A stretch of 64,000 bases of DNA from Candidatus Falkowbacteria bacterium (GCA_018674305.1 JABHAL010000015.1:30683-94682); one strand, 5' to 3'. Positions 27,169-38,397 are shown, counted from the stretch's first letter. Notes: a model not told the origin generated them from the sequence alone. A program made the numbers and translations.

Positions 27169-28744
27169 TGTTATATTTTTTTTCTTTTTGTTTCTTTCTA
27201 AGCATTGTGACATCAAACCGACCATAATATATTGACCGGAAGACAAGCTTAATAACACTAATAACGATCTTTAAAGTATATAATAAACTGTCTTTTGAAT
27301 AAACTTTATAAAACACTTCCCAAGGTCTAAAAACATATCGTAAAATCTTGTTTTTCAAAAACTTTTTTGTCGCAAATCCAACTAGGTCGTCAAGTTCTTT
27401 ATTACTCAAATGTCTAGTTCTAACCTCAGCTGACAAAAAATTTGAAATCAATCTAGCATTTTGACTATTTGGATCAATCATAGCATCAAAGTTTAGTAAC
27501 TTTTCTTCTCTCATTATTTTATACAATGGAGCATCAGGATATGGTGTCAATTTGTAAAAAGCTGCATAATCAACACCACAGGACAAAGCAAAATTAACTG
27601 TATCCATTATTTTTTCCTTAGTTTCATATGGAAAGCCAAAAATTGTAGTGATCACAGTCCACATTCCAATCTTATTAGCATATTGCAAAAGTTCTTTAGC
27701 TTGAGCAAGATCAAAAGGTTTGCCAATAAACTTTCTAATCTCATTATTACCTGACTCAATACCAAAAGTAATTCTATAACAACCAGCCCTGCGCATCAAT
27801 AACAAAATTTCCTTATTCAATGTCCAATGAGCAATCCCATTTGGTGTTGACCAGTAAATTTTCAATCCACGATCAATAATCCCCTGACAAATTGCTTTGA
27901 ACCTATGTGGATCAACGCTAATACTATCATCAAGAAATGAAATTTCCTTAATACCAAAGTTTTTCTGCAAATATTCAATTTCATCAAGAACTTGATCAGG
28001 TGTTTTACCTCGCCACTTGTGTCCCCAAACAGTTTTTACTGAACAATAAATACAGTCCATTGGACAACCACGACTGGTTGATAACTGAAAAGACGGCGTT
28101 TTCATTTGATAATCCTCATTAAAGGTAATATATCTTTTCATGTCCAAGGAGGCATAATCCAGAATTGGTAAAGTTTTTATATCCAAAGGTTCACGAACAC
28201 CTGTTTTGATCGGTTTTCCTTTATTATTCCTATAAGCAATCCCAGGTACATCCTGAATAGATTGATTTTCTGAATATTTATTTAATAAATCCAAAAATGT
28301 TAATTCACCCTCACCTATCACAACTAAATCAACATTTTTGTCAGTTAAAGTCTCTTGCCAGAAATTTGTGGCATGAGTACCACCAAAAATAACTTTTACT
28401 TCAGGATTTATCTTCTTGGTAATACTAGCTATACTATGTGAATCCATAAAATACCTAGTAAACACACAAGAAACACCAACTATATCTGGCTTACTTTCTC
28501 TAATCTTCTTTTCAATCTCTGTATCATCAACACCTATTCTCACACTGTCATTGGCTAATCTTTTTCTAATCTTTTCCTTGGTAAACATGAAATCCTCTAT
28601 CATTATATTTTCATAACCATGTTTTTTTACATAACTTAAAACAGATAAAAGATTAATTGGAAATGAAACCGCTCCAGCATTAGAATCTTCACCATAATGC
28701 GTTAACGGTGGTTGTATTAATAAAATTTTTAAATCTTTTTTCAT
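27161..28744 (-). CDS. B12-binding radical SAM protein
   Basis: ILLIQPP, PD.VGVS, GG.HA, GEGE, SRGCPMDCIYC, FGIESG. Confidence 0.92.
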   Translation of the reverse strand: MKKDLKILLIQPPLTHYGEDSNAGAVSFPINLLSVLSYVKKHGYENIMIEDFMFTKEKIRKRLANDSVRIGVDDTEIEKKIRESKPDIVGVSCVFTRYFMDSHSIASITKKINPEVKVIFGGTHATNFWQETLTDKNVDLVVIGEGELTFLDLLNKYSENQSIQDVPGIAYRNNKGKPIKTGVREPLDIKTLPILDYASLDMKRYITFNEDYQMKTPSFQLSTSRGCPMDCIYCSVKTVWGHKWRGKTPDQVLDEIEYLQKNFGIKEISFLDDSISVDPHRFKAICQGIIDRGLKIYWSTPNGIAHWTLNKEILLLMRRAGCYRITFGIESGNNEIRKFIGKPFDLAQAKELLQYANKIGMWTVITTIFGFPYETKEKIMDTVNFALSCGVDYAAFYKLTPYPDAPLYKIMREEKLLNFDAMIDPNSQNARLISNFLSAEVRTRHLSNKELDDLVGFATKKFLKNKILRYVFRPWEVFYKVYSKDSLLYTLKIVISVIKLVFRSIYYGRFDVTMLRKKQKEKKYNNE

Positions 28745-28745
28745 A

Positions 28746-31463
28746 CTATTCATCTTTTTTACAACACACAACATACACTACCAACATACCCAGTGCAATT
28801 ATTGATATTAATCCTCCAAAATAAAACACATTTTGTGGCCAAAATTCCAAAACAACTAATCTTGTTGGGCCAAGTACTGAATCATCCAATTGCCAACTAT
28901 TAGCATAACCATTTGCCAATCTAACCGGCGCTAAATTACCTTCATCACGAGAAAATACTTTTGTGAAAAAGTTTTGTTCTTTATCAGTTTCATATGTTTT
29001 TATAGTCCAACCTGAGTTATAACCATTGTTAAAAACTAAACTATAAATACCATCCAACTTAGGAACCTCTACAACATACTTGCCAGGATTTAGTTTAGCA
29101 AATTCTAAACCTTGATCATAATCTGGTTGAATATTTTCTTGATTATAAACAAAAAGCAAATTGTTCACAGGTATAGCATATATTGAATGTCCTTCAGCAT
29201 TCTTAATATCTACAGAATAAATATCTTTTTCAAGATTAAATTTACCAAAGTCAATCCAATCACCAGACATAACAACATCACTTCTAATTACTTTATCGTC
29301 AAGACTTAAATATACAGGTGCTTCTAAACCTGCTTCATTCAAATTAAAATATATTTCATACTCACCCGTATGAACAATCTCTAATTTGTAATCATCCAAA
29401 ACAACATTTTCCGTGTTGTAATTTACTTCTCTTTTTAGTCTAGCTTGTTCCTCTGAATCACTGATTTCTGTAGCCTCTTTTAATTCTTTATTGAACTCTG
29501 CTAATTTATCAATATCTGTATTATTAGCAATTACTTCAACTGCATATTCTCCATACTGACCAGCTTCAGAAAAATGAATTACAGGTTTAAAGTTATTATT
29601 ATATTCAGAAATATCCAAGTAAGAAATCAAAGAACCCATATCACCATCAATAACAATATCTTTATTAGCAATGTACAAAAACGGTGTAAAATCATTATAT
29701 TCGTATAAATCAATATTCTCACTTAAACTCAGCAAGTTCAAATCCTTATTATTCATTAAATATTCTTTTTGTTGTGAAATATTCCAAATTCTAGCACAAC
29801 TAAAATGCGGTACTATATCCGTGCGGAAATAAACATACTGAATATTTAAAATCTGTAACATTTTTGAATACAACTCTGAATTTTTTGCTTGACATTGAAA
29901 ATCTCGAAAACCTTGCAACAACTTCTCACCCATTTTATTACTAAATCCTTGATCAACCACAACATTAAATGGTGCAAATATTTGATTCACATCAACACCC
30001 TGGCCATCTAACTGATAATCATTTGGTACAAACGCTGGTGAAAAAGAAATTGGTTGAGCCAGAACCTTGGCACCTTCAAGATTCTCATCTAGATATTCAT
30101 AAACTTCTTCCAAATCTGGATTTAACTGATAAACATCAATATGATCTTTATTTTTTTTAGTTAAAACCTCTCGTCCTATATCTCCTAAATACCAGTATGG
30201 CAAACTCCAGACAAGCAAAATTATAATCAAAACACTTTTAGCAATTTTCTTATTTACCTTTTTTAAATCTTCAAAAATCAAAGTAAATCCGTACGCAAAA
30301 ATTATTGTTAAACAAAACAACACACCAGGAATATAATGCTGCGCAGATCTGAACATAGCATAAGCAGAAAAATGTTGTACTAACCAAAGCACAAAATCAC
30401 CAAATGGCGGGTTTCCACTTGTAGCAAAAATCATGAAGATAACAAATGTAAATAACCAAAATAAAATATCCTTATTAAACTTCTTTTTTATCGTGACATA
30501 AAGAAAGGTTCCAGCCAAAGACAAATACATTACAGCATACCAAATTGGCAAAATCACATTTGACATCGTAGCTGTAAACATGTGTCTATCAAAAAAACCA
30601 GTACCGACTAACATCTGCCAAACCTTTGGAGCAGACTGAATATTTTTCAAAGCAATACCAGCAAAACCTTTCTGAGCTTTCAAGCCTGATAAATAACCAA
30701 AATCAGCAATCATTGGCACAATCCAATAAGCGTTTAAAAACAAGGAAAAAACTCCAACAAGTATTAATCGTTTAATAATCTGCCAATCTTTTTTCAGCCA
30801 AGCATACCAACTACAGTATAAACAAAACATTACTACCACAAATACAAATTGTTGAATTGAGATCATCAAGGCAGTAATTAGAACTGCTGAAGTTAGCAAA
30901 TATATCTTGCGAGAACTGTTAATCAAATAATGGAACGACAAAAAACACCATGGCCAAAGAGCATAGGCCAAAAACTGACTCATAGCTCCACCAATAAATT
31001 CAGAAAACAGGAATGGTGAAAACCCATACAATAAACCACCAACAAAAGACATTAAACCAAGATTTGCTTCCAATTTATAGTGTTTAAGCAGCCTTCTTAA
31101 ACACAGATACATACCAAAAGCTGCTAAAGTCATTGTAAAAATCAATAAAAACTTAGAAAAGTAATTACCATCCAAATCAAGCAAAGAAAATGGCCCAACC
31201 AAAATAATTCTTAACAATTTCACTGGCAAGGTCAAAGACATAGCAGAAAAACCTAAAACAGAATCTTTCCAAAGATAAAAGGAAGAATAAACTTGATTAG
31301 ACAGAAACGAAGCCATGTTCGGTACTGACCAATCCCAATTATGTCCAACTGTACCCACAGTGCTAAGTAATTTTCTTATCGAAAAAACAGCCATTAGCAC
31401 ATATAAACAAAAGGCTGACACAATTTGAACTTTATTTTGTAGAAACAATTTTTTCAATTTCAT
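28746..31463 (-). CDS. Large GT-C-like membrane protein (AftD/DUF3367-like) with an extracellular C-terminal domain
   Basis: HNWDW, LLYGFSP, MFRS..H, GYNSGW, ANGYANSW, FWPQ..F. Confidence 0.65.
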   Translation of the reverse strand: MKLKKLFLQNKVQIVSAFCLYVLMAVFSIRKLLSTVGTVGHNWDWSVPNMASFLSNQVYSSFYLWKDSVLGFSAMSLTLPVKLLRIILVGPFSLLDLDGNYFSKFLLIFTMTLAAFGMYLCLRRLLKHYKLEANLGLMSFVGGLLYGFSPFLFSEFIGGAMSQFLAYALWPWCFLSFHYLINSSRKIYLLTSAVLITALMISIQQFVFVVVMFCLYCSWYAWLKKDWQIIKRLILVGVFSLFLNAYWIVPMIADFGYLSGLKAQKGFAGIALKNIQSAPKVWQMLVGTGFFDRHMFTATMSNVILPIWYAVMYLSLAGTFLYVTIKKKFNKDILFWLFTFVIFMIFATSGNPPFGDFVLWLVQHFSAYAMFRSAQHYIPGVLFCLTIIFAYGFTLIFEDLKKVNKKIAKSVLIIILLVWSLPYWYLGDIGREVLTKKNKDHIDVYQLNPDLEEVYEYLDENLEGAKVLAQPISFSPAFVPNDYQLDGQGVDVNQIFAPFNVVVDQGFSNKMGEKLLQGFRDFQCQAKNSELYSKMLQILNIQYVYFRTDIVPHFSCARIWNISQQKEYLMNNKDLNLLSLSENIDLYEYNDFTPFLYIANKDIVIDGDMGSLISYLDISEYNNNFKPVIHFSEAGQYGEYAVEVIANNTDIDKLAEFNKELKEATEISDSEEQARLKREVNYNTENVVLDDYKLEIVHTGEYEIYFNLNEAGLEAPVYLSLDDKVIRSDVVMSGDWIDFGKFNLEKDIYSVDIKNAEGHSIYAIPVNNLLFVYNQENIQPDYDQGLEFAKLNPGKYVVEVPKLDGIYSLVFNNGYNSGWTIKTYETDKEQNFFTKVFSRDEGNLAPVRLANGYANSWQLDDSVLGPTRLVVLEFWPQNVFYFGGLISIIALGMLVVYVVCCKKDE

Positions 31464-32592
31464 ATTTAAAATTGTTGGAAAATTTTTGCCAATCACACTT
31501 ATCTTTTACGATTTCCGCTGCCCTATCCGCAATTCTGGTTAATTTTTCTGTATTATTATTTTTTATAATTTTTTGAATCTGCTGACTTTGCTTATTTGTA
31601 TTTTTTGTATCAATAATAAAGCCACTTTCCTGATCAGTGATAAACTCAGAGTTTGCCCCAACATCTGTAGTTATTATCGGCCGCCTCATTGACATGGCTT
31701 CTAACAAAACCAATGGTGGCATATAGTTTGTATACAAATAAGGCAATAAAACAAAGTTAACTTTGGCAAACTCGCCTGGAAAATCATCACAATATCCTAA
31801 CAATTCAACATTCCTTATCTGATAACGTTTAATAATTCGTTTAATTAAATCTTTGGTAGCTGGGAAATATTCCGGCCAAGCTAATATTTTAAACTTTGAA
31901 CTTTTCAGTTTACGAGCTATATTAATTATCTTTAATGGTCCTCGTCGTAAATCCAAAGCACCAAAATACAAAAATTTCACTTCATCATCCAATTTATTTT
32001 CTGGTAAATCTTTTTCAGGTATCTCTTTAATACCAGGATAACAAATTTGCACCTTCTTATTATATACTGGTTTAATATAATTTTTTAAATATTCACATGA
32101 AGCAATCACTTTATCAACATAATTTAACTTTTTCAAAAAAAACTTTTTTGTTTTCAAACCATCAAACACTGCGTGAAAAACTTCAAACAAAGTATTATCA
32201 ATATTACGGAAAAAATTCTTTGATGGATAAATTATATTGAAAAAATTCAACTTTAATACATTATAAAAATTTGATTTTGGATAATTAATATGCGTTAAAT
32301 AAAAAATGGCAGGAATACCTAACTTTTTTCTAACCAAACCTGTCAGTGCTCCCCAAAATGGTGTACCACTACTTAAAATAACATCTCCAGTATAATCACC
32401 TTTTTTATACTTAAATATGCTTTTTATAATATGATAATTTTGCCAAGATGACATTGGACCAACATTTTCAGTAATAATCTCATAACTATGTCCTTGCTTT
32501 TCCAAATCTTCTGCAAGCTGAACCAACTTCTTGGCATCGCCACCAAGATTTTCCCCCTTGATTAAAAATGGTTCAAATAAAAGTATTTTCAT
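31432..32592 (-). CDS. Glycosyltransferase family 4
   Basis: LYFG....RG, PLVLLEAMSM.RPIITTDVG. Confidence 0.85.
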   Translation of the reverse strand: MKILLFEPFLIKGENLGGDAKKLVQLAEDLEKQGHSYEIITENVGPMSSWQNYHIIKSIFKYKKGDYTGDVILSSGTPFWGALTGLVRKKLGIPAIFYLTHINYPKSNFYNVLKLNFFNIIYPSKNFFRNIDNTLFEVFHAVFDGLKTKKFFLKKLNYVDKVIASCEYLKNYIKPVYNKKVQICYPGIKEIPEKDLPENKLDDEVKFLYFGALDLRRGPLKIINIARKLKSSKFKILAWPEYFPATKDLIKRIIKRYQIRNVELLGYCDDFPGEFAKVNFVLLPYLYTNYMPPLVLLEAMSMRRPIITTDVGANSEFITDQESGFIIDTKNTNKQSQQIQKIIKNNNTEKLTRIADRAAEIVKDKCDWQKFSNNFKYEIEKIVSTK

Positions 32593-32594
32593 TC

Positions 32595-33932
32595 TTATTC
32601 TCTTTTTAAGATATTGAATCTTCTAAGTGGTTTAAAAATATATAGCATAATTGCATCCAAACTGTATGAAAATATATCATATCCAACAGTATTTAAACGC
32701 AAACTAATCAAATCCAACCACAGTTTATGAATTCTTGCTTTAAATAACTGGTTCAACTTGATATTCACTGGATATATTCCATTTACATACTTTTTCGCTT
32801 TCAAAAACTTAAAAAATGTTTTGTACGCAACTTGCCAGTGATAATCCTCTGTTCTTTTTAATAATTTTTTACCATCAACTCTTTCTAAAAGATATATTAA
32901 ATGCAATAAATCAATCATTCTTAACTTATGCACTTCGAAAATAATATGAGCCACTTGAATCAGTAGTGCATCCTCATCACTTGATGTATCAAATTCAATA
33001 TCATGAACTAACTGTTTCTTTTTATTAACAAAAACTTTTTCTTTATCAATATAAATCACACCTCGCCAACTGATTTGCTGATGCAAATGAACAGTGACAA
33101 ATTCCCCCTTACTTTTATATCTCCAAATTTCCTTATACTTTTCATTACAGTTATCCCAAAATTTAATTTTAGAAACTTTTTTCTGTTTCCAACCTAATTG
33201 TTTTAATTCTTTTCTAAAGTTGCCAAAATCCTGTTCATTTTTAAACAAAACATCTATATCATGACCAACATAAGCCTGATCTTTGTGCGCTTTGAATAAA
33301 ACAAATTCAAAATTTTTGTTCAATTTCTGGAGAAGTTTAAGAGTTTCTTTATATGCTCTTTGCGCTTCCTCAATTATAACATGTTTTTGATTTGAATACT
33401 TGTGACTAACTCCGTACAATCCACTATCACTTAACTTCTTTTGCTCTAATAAATCATAATCTATTTCATCAATTACTAACTTCTCCACTTCAGCCTTATC
33501 CAGCTCTGCATTTATTCTAATAACCGGCACTATTTTTTCTAATAATTTATATAATCTAGCTCTTTTTTCATATTCTTTCAGTGTTAATTCCTTTTTTCGC
33601 TTACATATTGTTTCATATGATGCGTCAAGCAGAAAAACCTTATCAAAACCTGGCAAGAAAAAATGCATTAACTTAAATATTATCCTAACAAAAATGTCAG
33701 ACTTTACTAAAAAATCTGGCATCATCACAATCGCTGAATCATAATATCCCCTATCACATATCAAAACACGATTATTATTCCCCCAAACCTTTAGAGCCAA
33801 AACAAAATTATATCTTGCCTGGCCTGGTCGATAATATTCAGCTATTTTTAATTTTTGATTAAATTGGTCAACCAAGTTCTTTGCTAACGTAGTCTTTCCA
33901 GTACCATCATAACCAATAATATTTAAATTCAT
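32595..33932 (-). CDS. Fusion of a thymidylate-kinase-like P-loop domain and a nucleotidyltransferase domain
   Basis: GYDGTGKTT and CDRGYYD (dTMP-kinase-like); GHDIDVLF and VHLH (Pol-beta-type NTase). Confidence 0.7.
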   Translation of the reverse strand: MNLNIIGYDGTGKTTLAKNLVDQFNQKLKIAEYYRPGQARYNFVLALKVWGNNNRVLICDRGYYDSAIVMMPDFLVKSDIFVRIIFKLMHFFLPGFDKVFLLDASYETICKRKKELTLKEYEKRARLYKLLEKIVPVIRINAELDKAEVEKLVIDEIDYDLLEQKKLSDSGLYGVSHKYSNQKHVIIEEAQRAYKETLKLLQKLNKNFEFVLFKAHKDQAYVGHDIDVLFKNEQDFGNFRKELKQLGWKQKKVSKIKFWDNCNEKYKEIWRYKSKGEFVTVHLHQQISWRGVIYIDKEKVFVNKKKQLVHDIEFDTSSDEDALLIQVAHIIFEVHKLRMIDLLHLIYLLERVDGKKLLKRTEDYHWQVAYKTFFKFLKAKKYVNGIYPVNIKLNQLFKARIHKLWLDLISLRLNTVGYDIFSYSLDAIMLYIFKPLRRFNILKRE

Positions 33933-33942
33933 ACATTACTAA

Positions 33943-35004
33943 TTACTGATTCTCAGGAGTTACAGCTTTTTTTTGCGAATCTGTAAATCGTTTAATAAAA
34001 TAAAAAATTGATTTCTTTTTATATAATCCTTGTTCAATAAACAGTTGCTGATCAGATAGTTTACGATTTTTTTGGATCCTTCTTCTTTTTTTGTAATTAG
34101 CTGGCAGATGAAGAAAAAACCACATAATTCCTTTCAAAATATTAATACCTGAAGTCCAATTACCCTTAAAAAGTAAATAAAAGGCCAAACCATTCCACAA
34201 AAAAATATGTTTAGGCAAAATTCTGACTAAATATTTAAAAGATAAGTTTTTGTACAAAGTTAAAATGTAATTTTTGCAACCATGGAACCGAACCAGTTTG
34301 TTATTAAACTTTTTGTCAGTAATATCCTTAGTAGCTGAATAATGATGATACACAACTGACTCTGGACAAAAAACAACCTTATAATTTTTTAACCAACAAC
34401 GCCAACCAAGGTCAGTTTCTTCCACAAAAATAAAATAGTCTTCATCAAATCCTTCTGCAGCCTCAAATGCCTGGCGAGTAATAAACATTCCAGCTGACTT
34501 GGCTGCTAATATTTCTTTGACCTGATCATATTGTCCATTATCCGGTTCACCATACTCAGCAATTGAAATTAAAAAACCTAGCGAACCTAAATACTCTCCA
34601 ACATAATCAATGCTCTTTTTATCTTTTAAGAATAATAATTTGCACTGCAATGCGCCAACCTTTTCATCTTGTTCAAAAACTTTATCAGCATTGATAAGCC
34701 AGTCAGCTGTTACTTCTGTATCATTGTCCAAAAATCCATAAACCTGACCTGTGGCTATTTTCACACCCTCATTTCTAGCCTTAGCAGGACCAAAGTTTTT
34801 TTCAAGTTGAACAAATTTAATTTTTGCTAGATTTTTAACAAAAGTCTGCTCAATATGCTGCACGCTACCATCAGTAGAATTATTATCAACAATTATGATT
34901 TTAAAATTCTGATAATTACTATTTAAAACAGAACGTACCGTTCTTTCCAAGTACTCTTTTCCATTAAAGTTAACAATTACAATTGAATATTTAATTTCTC
35001 TCAT
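33943..35004 (-). CDS. Glycosyltransferase family 2
   Basis: VDNNSTDGS, FLDNDT, FDEDYF..EETDL.WR. Confidence 0.9.
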   Translation of the reverse strand: MREIKYSIVIVNFNGKEYLERTVRSVLNSNYQNFKIIIVDNNSTDGSVQHIEQTFVKNLAKIKFVQLEKNFGPAKARNEGVKIATGQVYGFLDNDTEVTADWLINADKVFEQDEKVGALQCKLLFLKDKKSIDYVGEYLGSLGFLISIAEYGEPDNGQYDQVKEILAAKSAGMFITRQAFEAAEGFDEDYFIFVEETDLGWRCWLKNYKVVFCPESVVYHHYSATKDITDKKFNNKLVRFHGCKNYILTLYKNLSFKYLVRILPKHIFLWNGLAFYLLFKGNWTSGINILKGIMWFFLHLPANYKKRRRIQKNRKLSDQQLFIEQGLYKKKSIFYFIKRFTDSQKKAVTPENQ

Positions 35005-35875
35005 AATTTTTATAAAATGACATATTTAGATCCTGATATTTATTTTCTGCAGAAAGTGGAATGCATTTAGCATCAACCTGGTATGAATAATTTGCTTTTT
35101 CAAAAATTTGCAGAAATGAACTCAGTTTAGACTTGTCCTCATTAATATTATGATGGTATTCAATACCATATTTTTCAACCATACCAACTTGACCTGCTTG
35201 CTCCAAATCCTGCAAAACCTCATTCTCTGCCCCTTCAATATCCATTTTTAAATAATCAATTTTTGATAATTTCTGATTACTGATAAAATTGGCAAATGAA
35301 ACACAACTCACCTCAATCTTATCACTTGAAAACTGTTGGTGTTCAGTCATTCTCTCCTTTTTTGTACTCATAACTAAAGAACCTGGAGTTTTCTTGTCAA
35401 CATAAAAATCAATTTTCCCATCATGATCAGATATTGCCCAATTAAATAGATAAACATCTTTTAATTTGTTTTTTTCAACATTATATTTCAACAATTCAAA
35501 TGTAGCTGGATCAGGCTCAAAACTATAAATACTACTGTTAGGATATAACCACTTGAAAAATAGTGTGGCCATACCAATATTTGCACCGCAATCAAAAATC
35601 ACTGGCCGATCATTTTTTGTAGAAAAATAGTATTCATTGCGATAAAAAATATCTTCATACAAAAATTTTATATTCTTGTATTCAAAAGCTTTGAAATGCA
35701 AGCCAAAAATTTTCTCAGTATTAAACTTAAACCAAGTAGCATAAGTTAAATATTTGAAATTTATCCTTAACCAGGCACACAAGATTCTAAATTTATTCCT
35801 ACCTGAATGACCTGAACTTGTCAAATAGGCAAAATTTCTAATGGCAATATAAGTTGTAGGAAATAATCTTCTCAT
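34991..35875 (-). CDS. FkbM-family methyltransferase
   Basis: FDCGANIG, SFEPDP, LKMDIEGAE. Confidence 0.92.
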   Translation of the reverse strand: MRRLFPTTYIAIRNFAYLTSSGHSGRNKFRILCAWLRINFKYLTYATWFKFNTEKIFGLHFKAFEYKNIKFLYEDIFYRNEYYFSTKNDRPVIFDCGANIGMATLFFKWLYPNSSIYSFEPDPATFELLKYNVEKNKLKDVYLFNWAISDHDGKIDFYVDKKTPGSLVMSTKKERMTEHQQFSSDKIEVSCVSFANFISNQKLSKIDYLKMDIEGAENEVLQDLEQAGQVGMVEKYGIEYHHNINEDKSKLSSFLQIFEKANYSYQVDAKCIPLSAENKYQDLNMSFYKNYERN

Positions 35876-35917
35876 AATTATTGATTTAATATTTTTCTGT
35901 TTCCTCTATTAACCCAA

Positions 35918-37024
35918 TTAACTTTCATTAACTTTCTTCTTATCCTCTTCAGTCACATTCATAGCAAAATCTTTATTCACAAACTTAGCAATCTTCTTTA
36001 AAGGTTTATAAAAATTGTAATGAAAAATTGAATTCAAAGTACTGGCAAAAATACCTCGCATACCAGCTGGAAAACTTAGAATCTGTTTTTCCCAAATACT
36101 GTCACACTTTTCACAATTTTTATTGTAACTAAGATAAGTATTATTCAACATTGATTCACGAAAAGCCACCATCTGATCACTGTTCCAAAGTTGCTTTAAG
36201 TTATGCTCTGGGAATTTACCAAGTTTATTATCACCAAAAAAATCAGAGGTGCAGGCGATCAAATGACCATCCCATTGAATATGCATTGAACTCCACAGGT
36301 ATGAACATGGTGAAAACTCTTTACCTAATTCTTTGGCTTCAAATTTATCTGTATCACTGAGAAAATTGCCCCAAGTACTTGGTCTTCGCATTTGAATACA
36401 GTCAATTGGCAAATCCTTGAAATTTTGCATAAACTGTTCTCTGTTTTCTTGATAAATCTTGTCCCCTTCATCATCCATAATCATAACTTGCAAATCAGCA
36501 ACAGTTTTTGCACCAAGTTCTTTTTTTATTTTCAAAAAGTTGATCACATTTTCTAATGATTTTTCAAAATTAGCATTTACCCTAACTTTTTCATAAACTT
36601 CCTTGGTTACACCATCAAAAAAAAAATTTATCCAGTCTAAATCTGCTTCTAAAAGTTTGCGAGAAATTTCTGGTGTTAGTAAAGTACAATTTGTAGAAAT
36701 ATAAACTGCAATTTTATTATCCTTGGCATACTTAACCATTTCAGGAAACTTTGGATGCAAAAGTGATTCACCAGAAATACATAAGATTATAAACGAAACA
36801 AATGGCTTCGCTTCATCAATAATCTTTTTGTATAAATCAAAATCCATATAGCCAGGATTTGGTTGACCAATAATTGAATTTGGACACATGATACATTTCA
36901 GATTACAAACATTAGTTGGCTCAATCCAAAGAGCGGTTGGCAAATATTTCAATCTGGTCTTTTTTCGTTTATAACTCCAATGCGCTCGTGGCATGGCTAT
37001 TAAATTGTTTATTTTTTTAATCAT
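35918..37024 (-). CDS. Radical SAM/SPASM(twitch) domain protein
   Basis: IEPTNVCNLKCIMCP; C-terminal C.YLW..M.I.WDG...C...C..C. Confidence 0.9.
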   Translation of the reverse strand: MIKKINNLIAMPRAHWSYKRKKTRLKYLPTALWIEPTNVCNLKCIMCPNSIIGQPNPGYMDFDLYKKIIDEAKPFVSFIILCISGESLLHPKFPEMVKYAKDNKIAVYISTNCTLLTPEISRKLLEADLDWINFFFDGVTKEVYEKVRVNANFEKSLENVINFLKIKKELGAKTVADLQVMIMDDEGDKIYQENREQFMQNFKDLPIDCIQMRRPSTWGNFLSDTDKFEAKELGKEFSPCSYLWSSMHIQWDGHLIACTSDFFGDNKLGKFPEHNLKQLWNSDQMVAFRESMLNNTYLSYNKNCEKCDSIWEKQILSFPAGMRGIFASTLNSIFHYNFYKPLKKIAKFVNKDFAMNVTEEDKKKVNES

Positions 37025-38397
37025 TGTCTTGATGTATCTCCTCTGGTTAATAATGATAAACCTGTTTTTATAGAATATTTTAGATTTTCCCAAGAAGAAA
37101 TGTCTTGAAAAAATCTGCGAATCAAATAACTTGGTCGGAAATAAAATTTAAAATATGCTTTTTTACGAAAATCTTCTAATTCTTGCAAGTTAAAACCTTC
37201 TGGCACATAAAATGGCCATGAACCATGAAAGCCTTCGCCAAGTTCGCCTCGCGCATATTGATCAATTGTATCGATTGAAATTTTATTTTCAGACTTAGCA
37301 GTTTCAAATAATGCAGCACCTGGTAATGGCAAGGAAATATGCACGCCAACAATATTGTATCTAGCAGTTTTATAAAACTGCATTGTTTTTTCAATATCTT
37401 CTCTAGTTTCTGTTGGAAAACCAAGCATTAGAAAAGCATTAACATTAACCCTATTTTTGTTACATAACTTTGCAGCTTTGACAATTGCTTCTGTACTTAA
37501 ATTTTTCTTAATAATTTCATTTCTAATTCGTTCACTACCAGATTCAACTCCAAGCGTTACTTCAAGGCAACCAGCCTTTTTCATTAATTTTACAATATCT
37601 TCATCAAGCATATCTGCCCGAGTAATAGCCGTCCAGGTAATTTTCATTCCTCTCTTTAATATTTCCTGACAAATACCAATAATATGATCCTTTTTCAAGG
37701 TTAAAGTATCATCAGCAAACATAAAGAAAGTTTCACCTTGTTTATAAATCTCTTCCATTTCATCCAAGATTTTCATAGGATCACGAAAGCGCATTTTGTC
37801 ACTTAGTGCTGGCCGAGAACAGAAGACACATTTAAACGGACAACCTCGACTAGAAAAAATATGTGCACCTTTTTTGTACTTTACATGTTGAAGTTTTTCT
37901 CTTGCTGGAAATGGCAAAGAATCCAAATCCTGCACAGGAACTCCTTGATAAAATTTCTCCACAGGCTGATTAGTTTTCATTTTGTTAATAATTGCTGGCA
38001 AAACAGTTTCTGCTTCACCAGCAATACCAACATCAAATAAATGAGCAAAGCGATTGATAAAATCATTATCAGCACTGATATGTGCTCCACCCAATATAAG
38101 TTTAATTTCTGGGAAATTTTGCTTTATAAATTCAGCAGCCTGCACAGTGCCGCGAAGATTCGCTGTCATGGTAGTAAATCCAATTACTCGCGGCCGTTTT
38201 TCAGTAATTATATTTTTTAATCGGTTTAAATCAATATTTTCCGCTCCAATATCTAAGATCTCTGCTGAAACATGTTCTTTTTCCAAACTACTGGCCAAAT
38301 ACAAAACTCCCAGTGGCGGATGTTCCACATCCATAGTTTCTGGTCCACCCTCTTTATTAAAATAAATCGGCGGGTAAATGAATAGTATATCTAGCAT
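37021..38397 (-). CDS. B12-binding radical SAM protein
   Basis: LFIYPP, PPLGVLYLAS, GGAH, GEAE, SSRGCPFKCVFC, GVESGS; start at MLDIL. Confidence 0.92.
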   Translation of the reverse strand: MLDILFIYPPIYFNKEGGPETMDVEHPPLGVLYLASSLEKEHVSAEILDIGAENIDLNRLKNIITEKRPRVIGFTTMTANLRGTVQAAEFIKQNFPEIKLILGGAHISADNDFINRFAHLFDVGIAGEAETVLPAIINKMKTNQPVEKFYQGVPVQDLDSLPFPAREKLQHVKYKKGAHIFSSRGCPFKCVFCSRPALSDKMRFRDPMKILDEMEEIYKQGETFFMFADDTLTLKKDHIIGICQEILKRGMKITWTAITRADMLDEDIVKLMKKAGCLEVTLGVESGSERIRNEIIKKNLSTEAIVKAAKLCNKNRVNVNAFLMLGFPTETREDIEKTMQFYKTARYNIVGVHISLPLPGAALFETAKSENKISIDTIDQYARGELGEGFHGSWPFYVPEGFNLQELEDFRKKAYFKFYFRPSYLIRRFFQDISSWENLKYSIKTGLSLLTRGDTSRQ

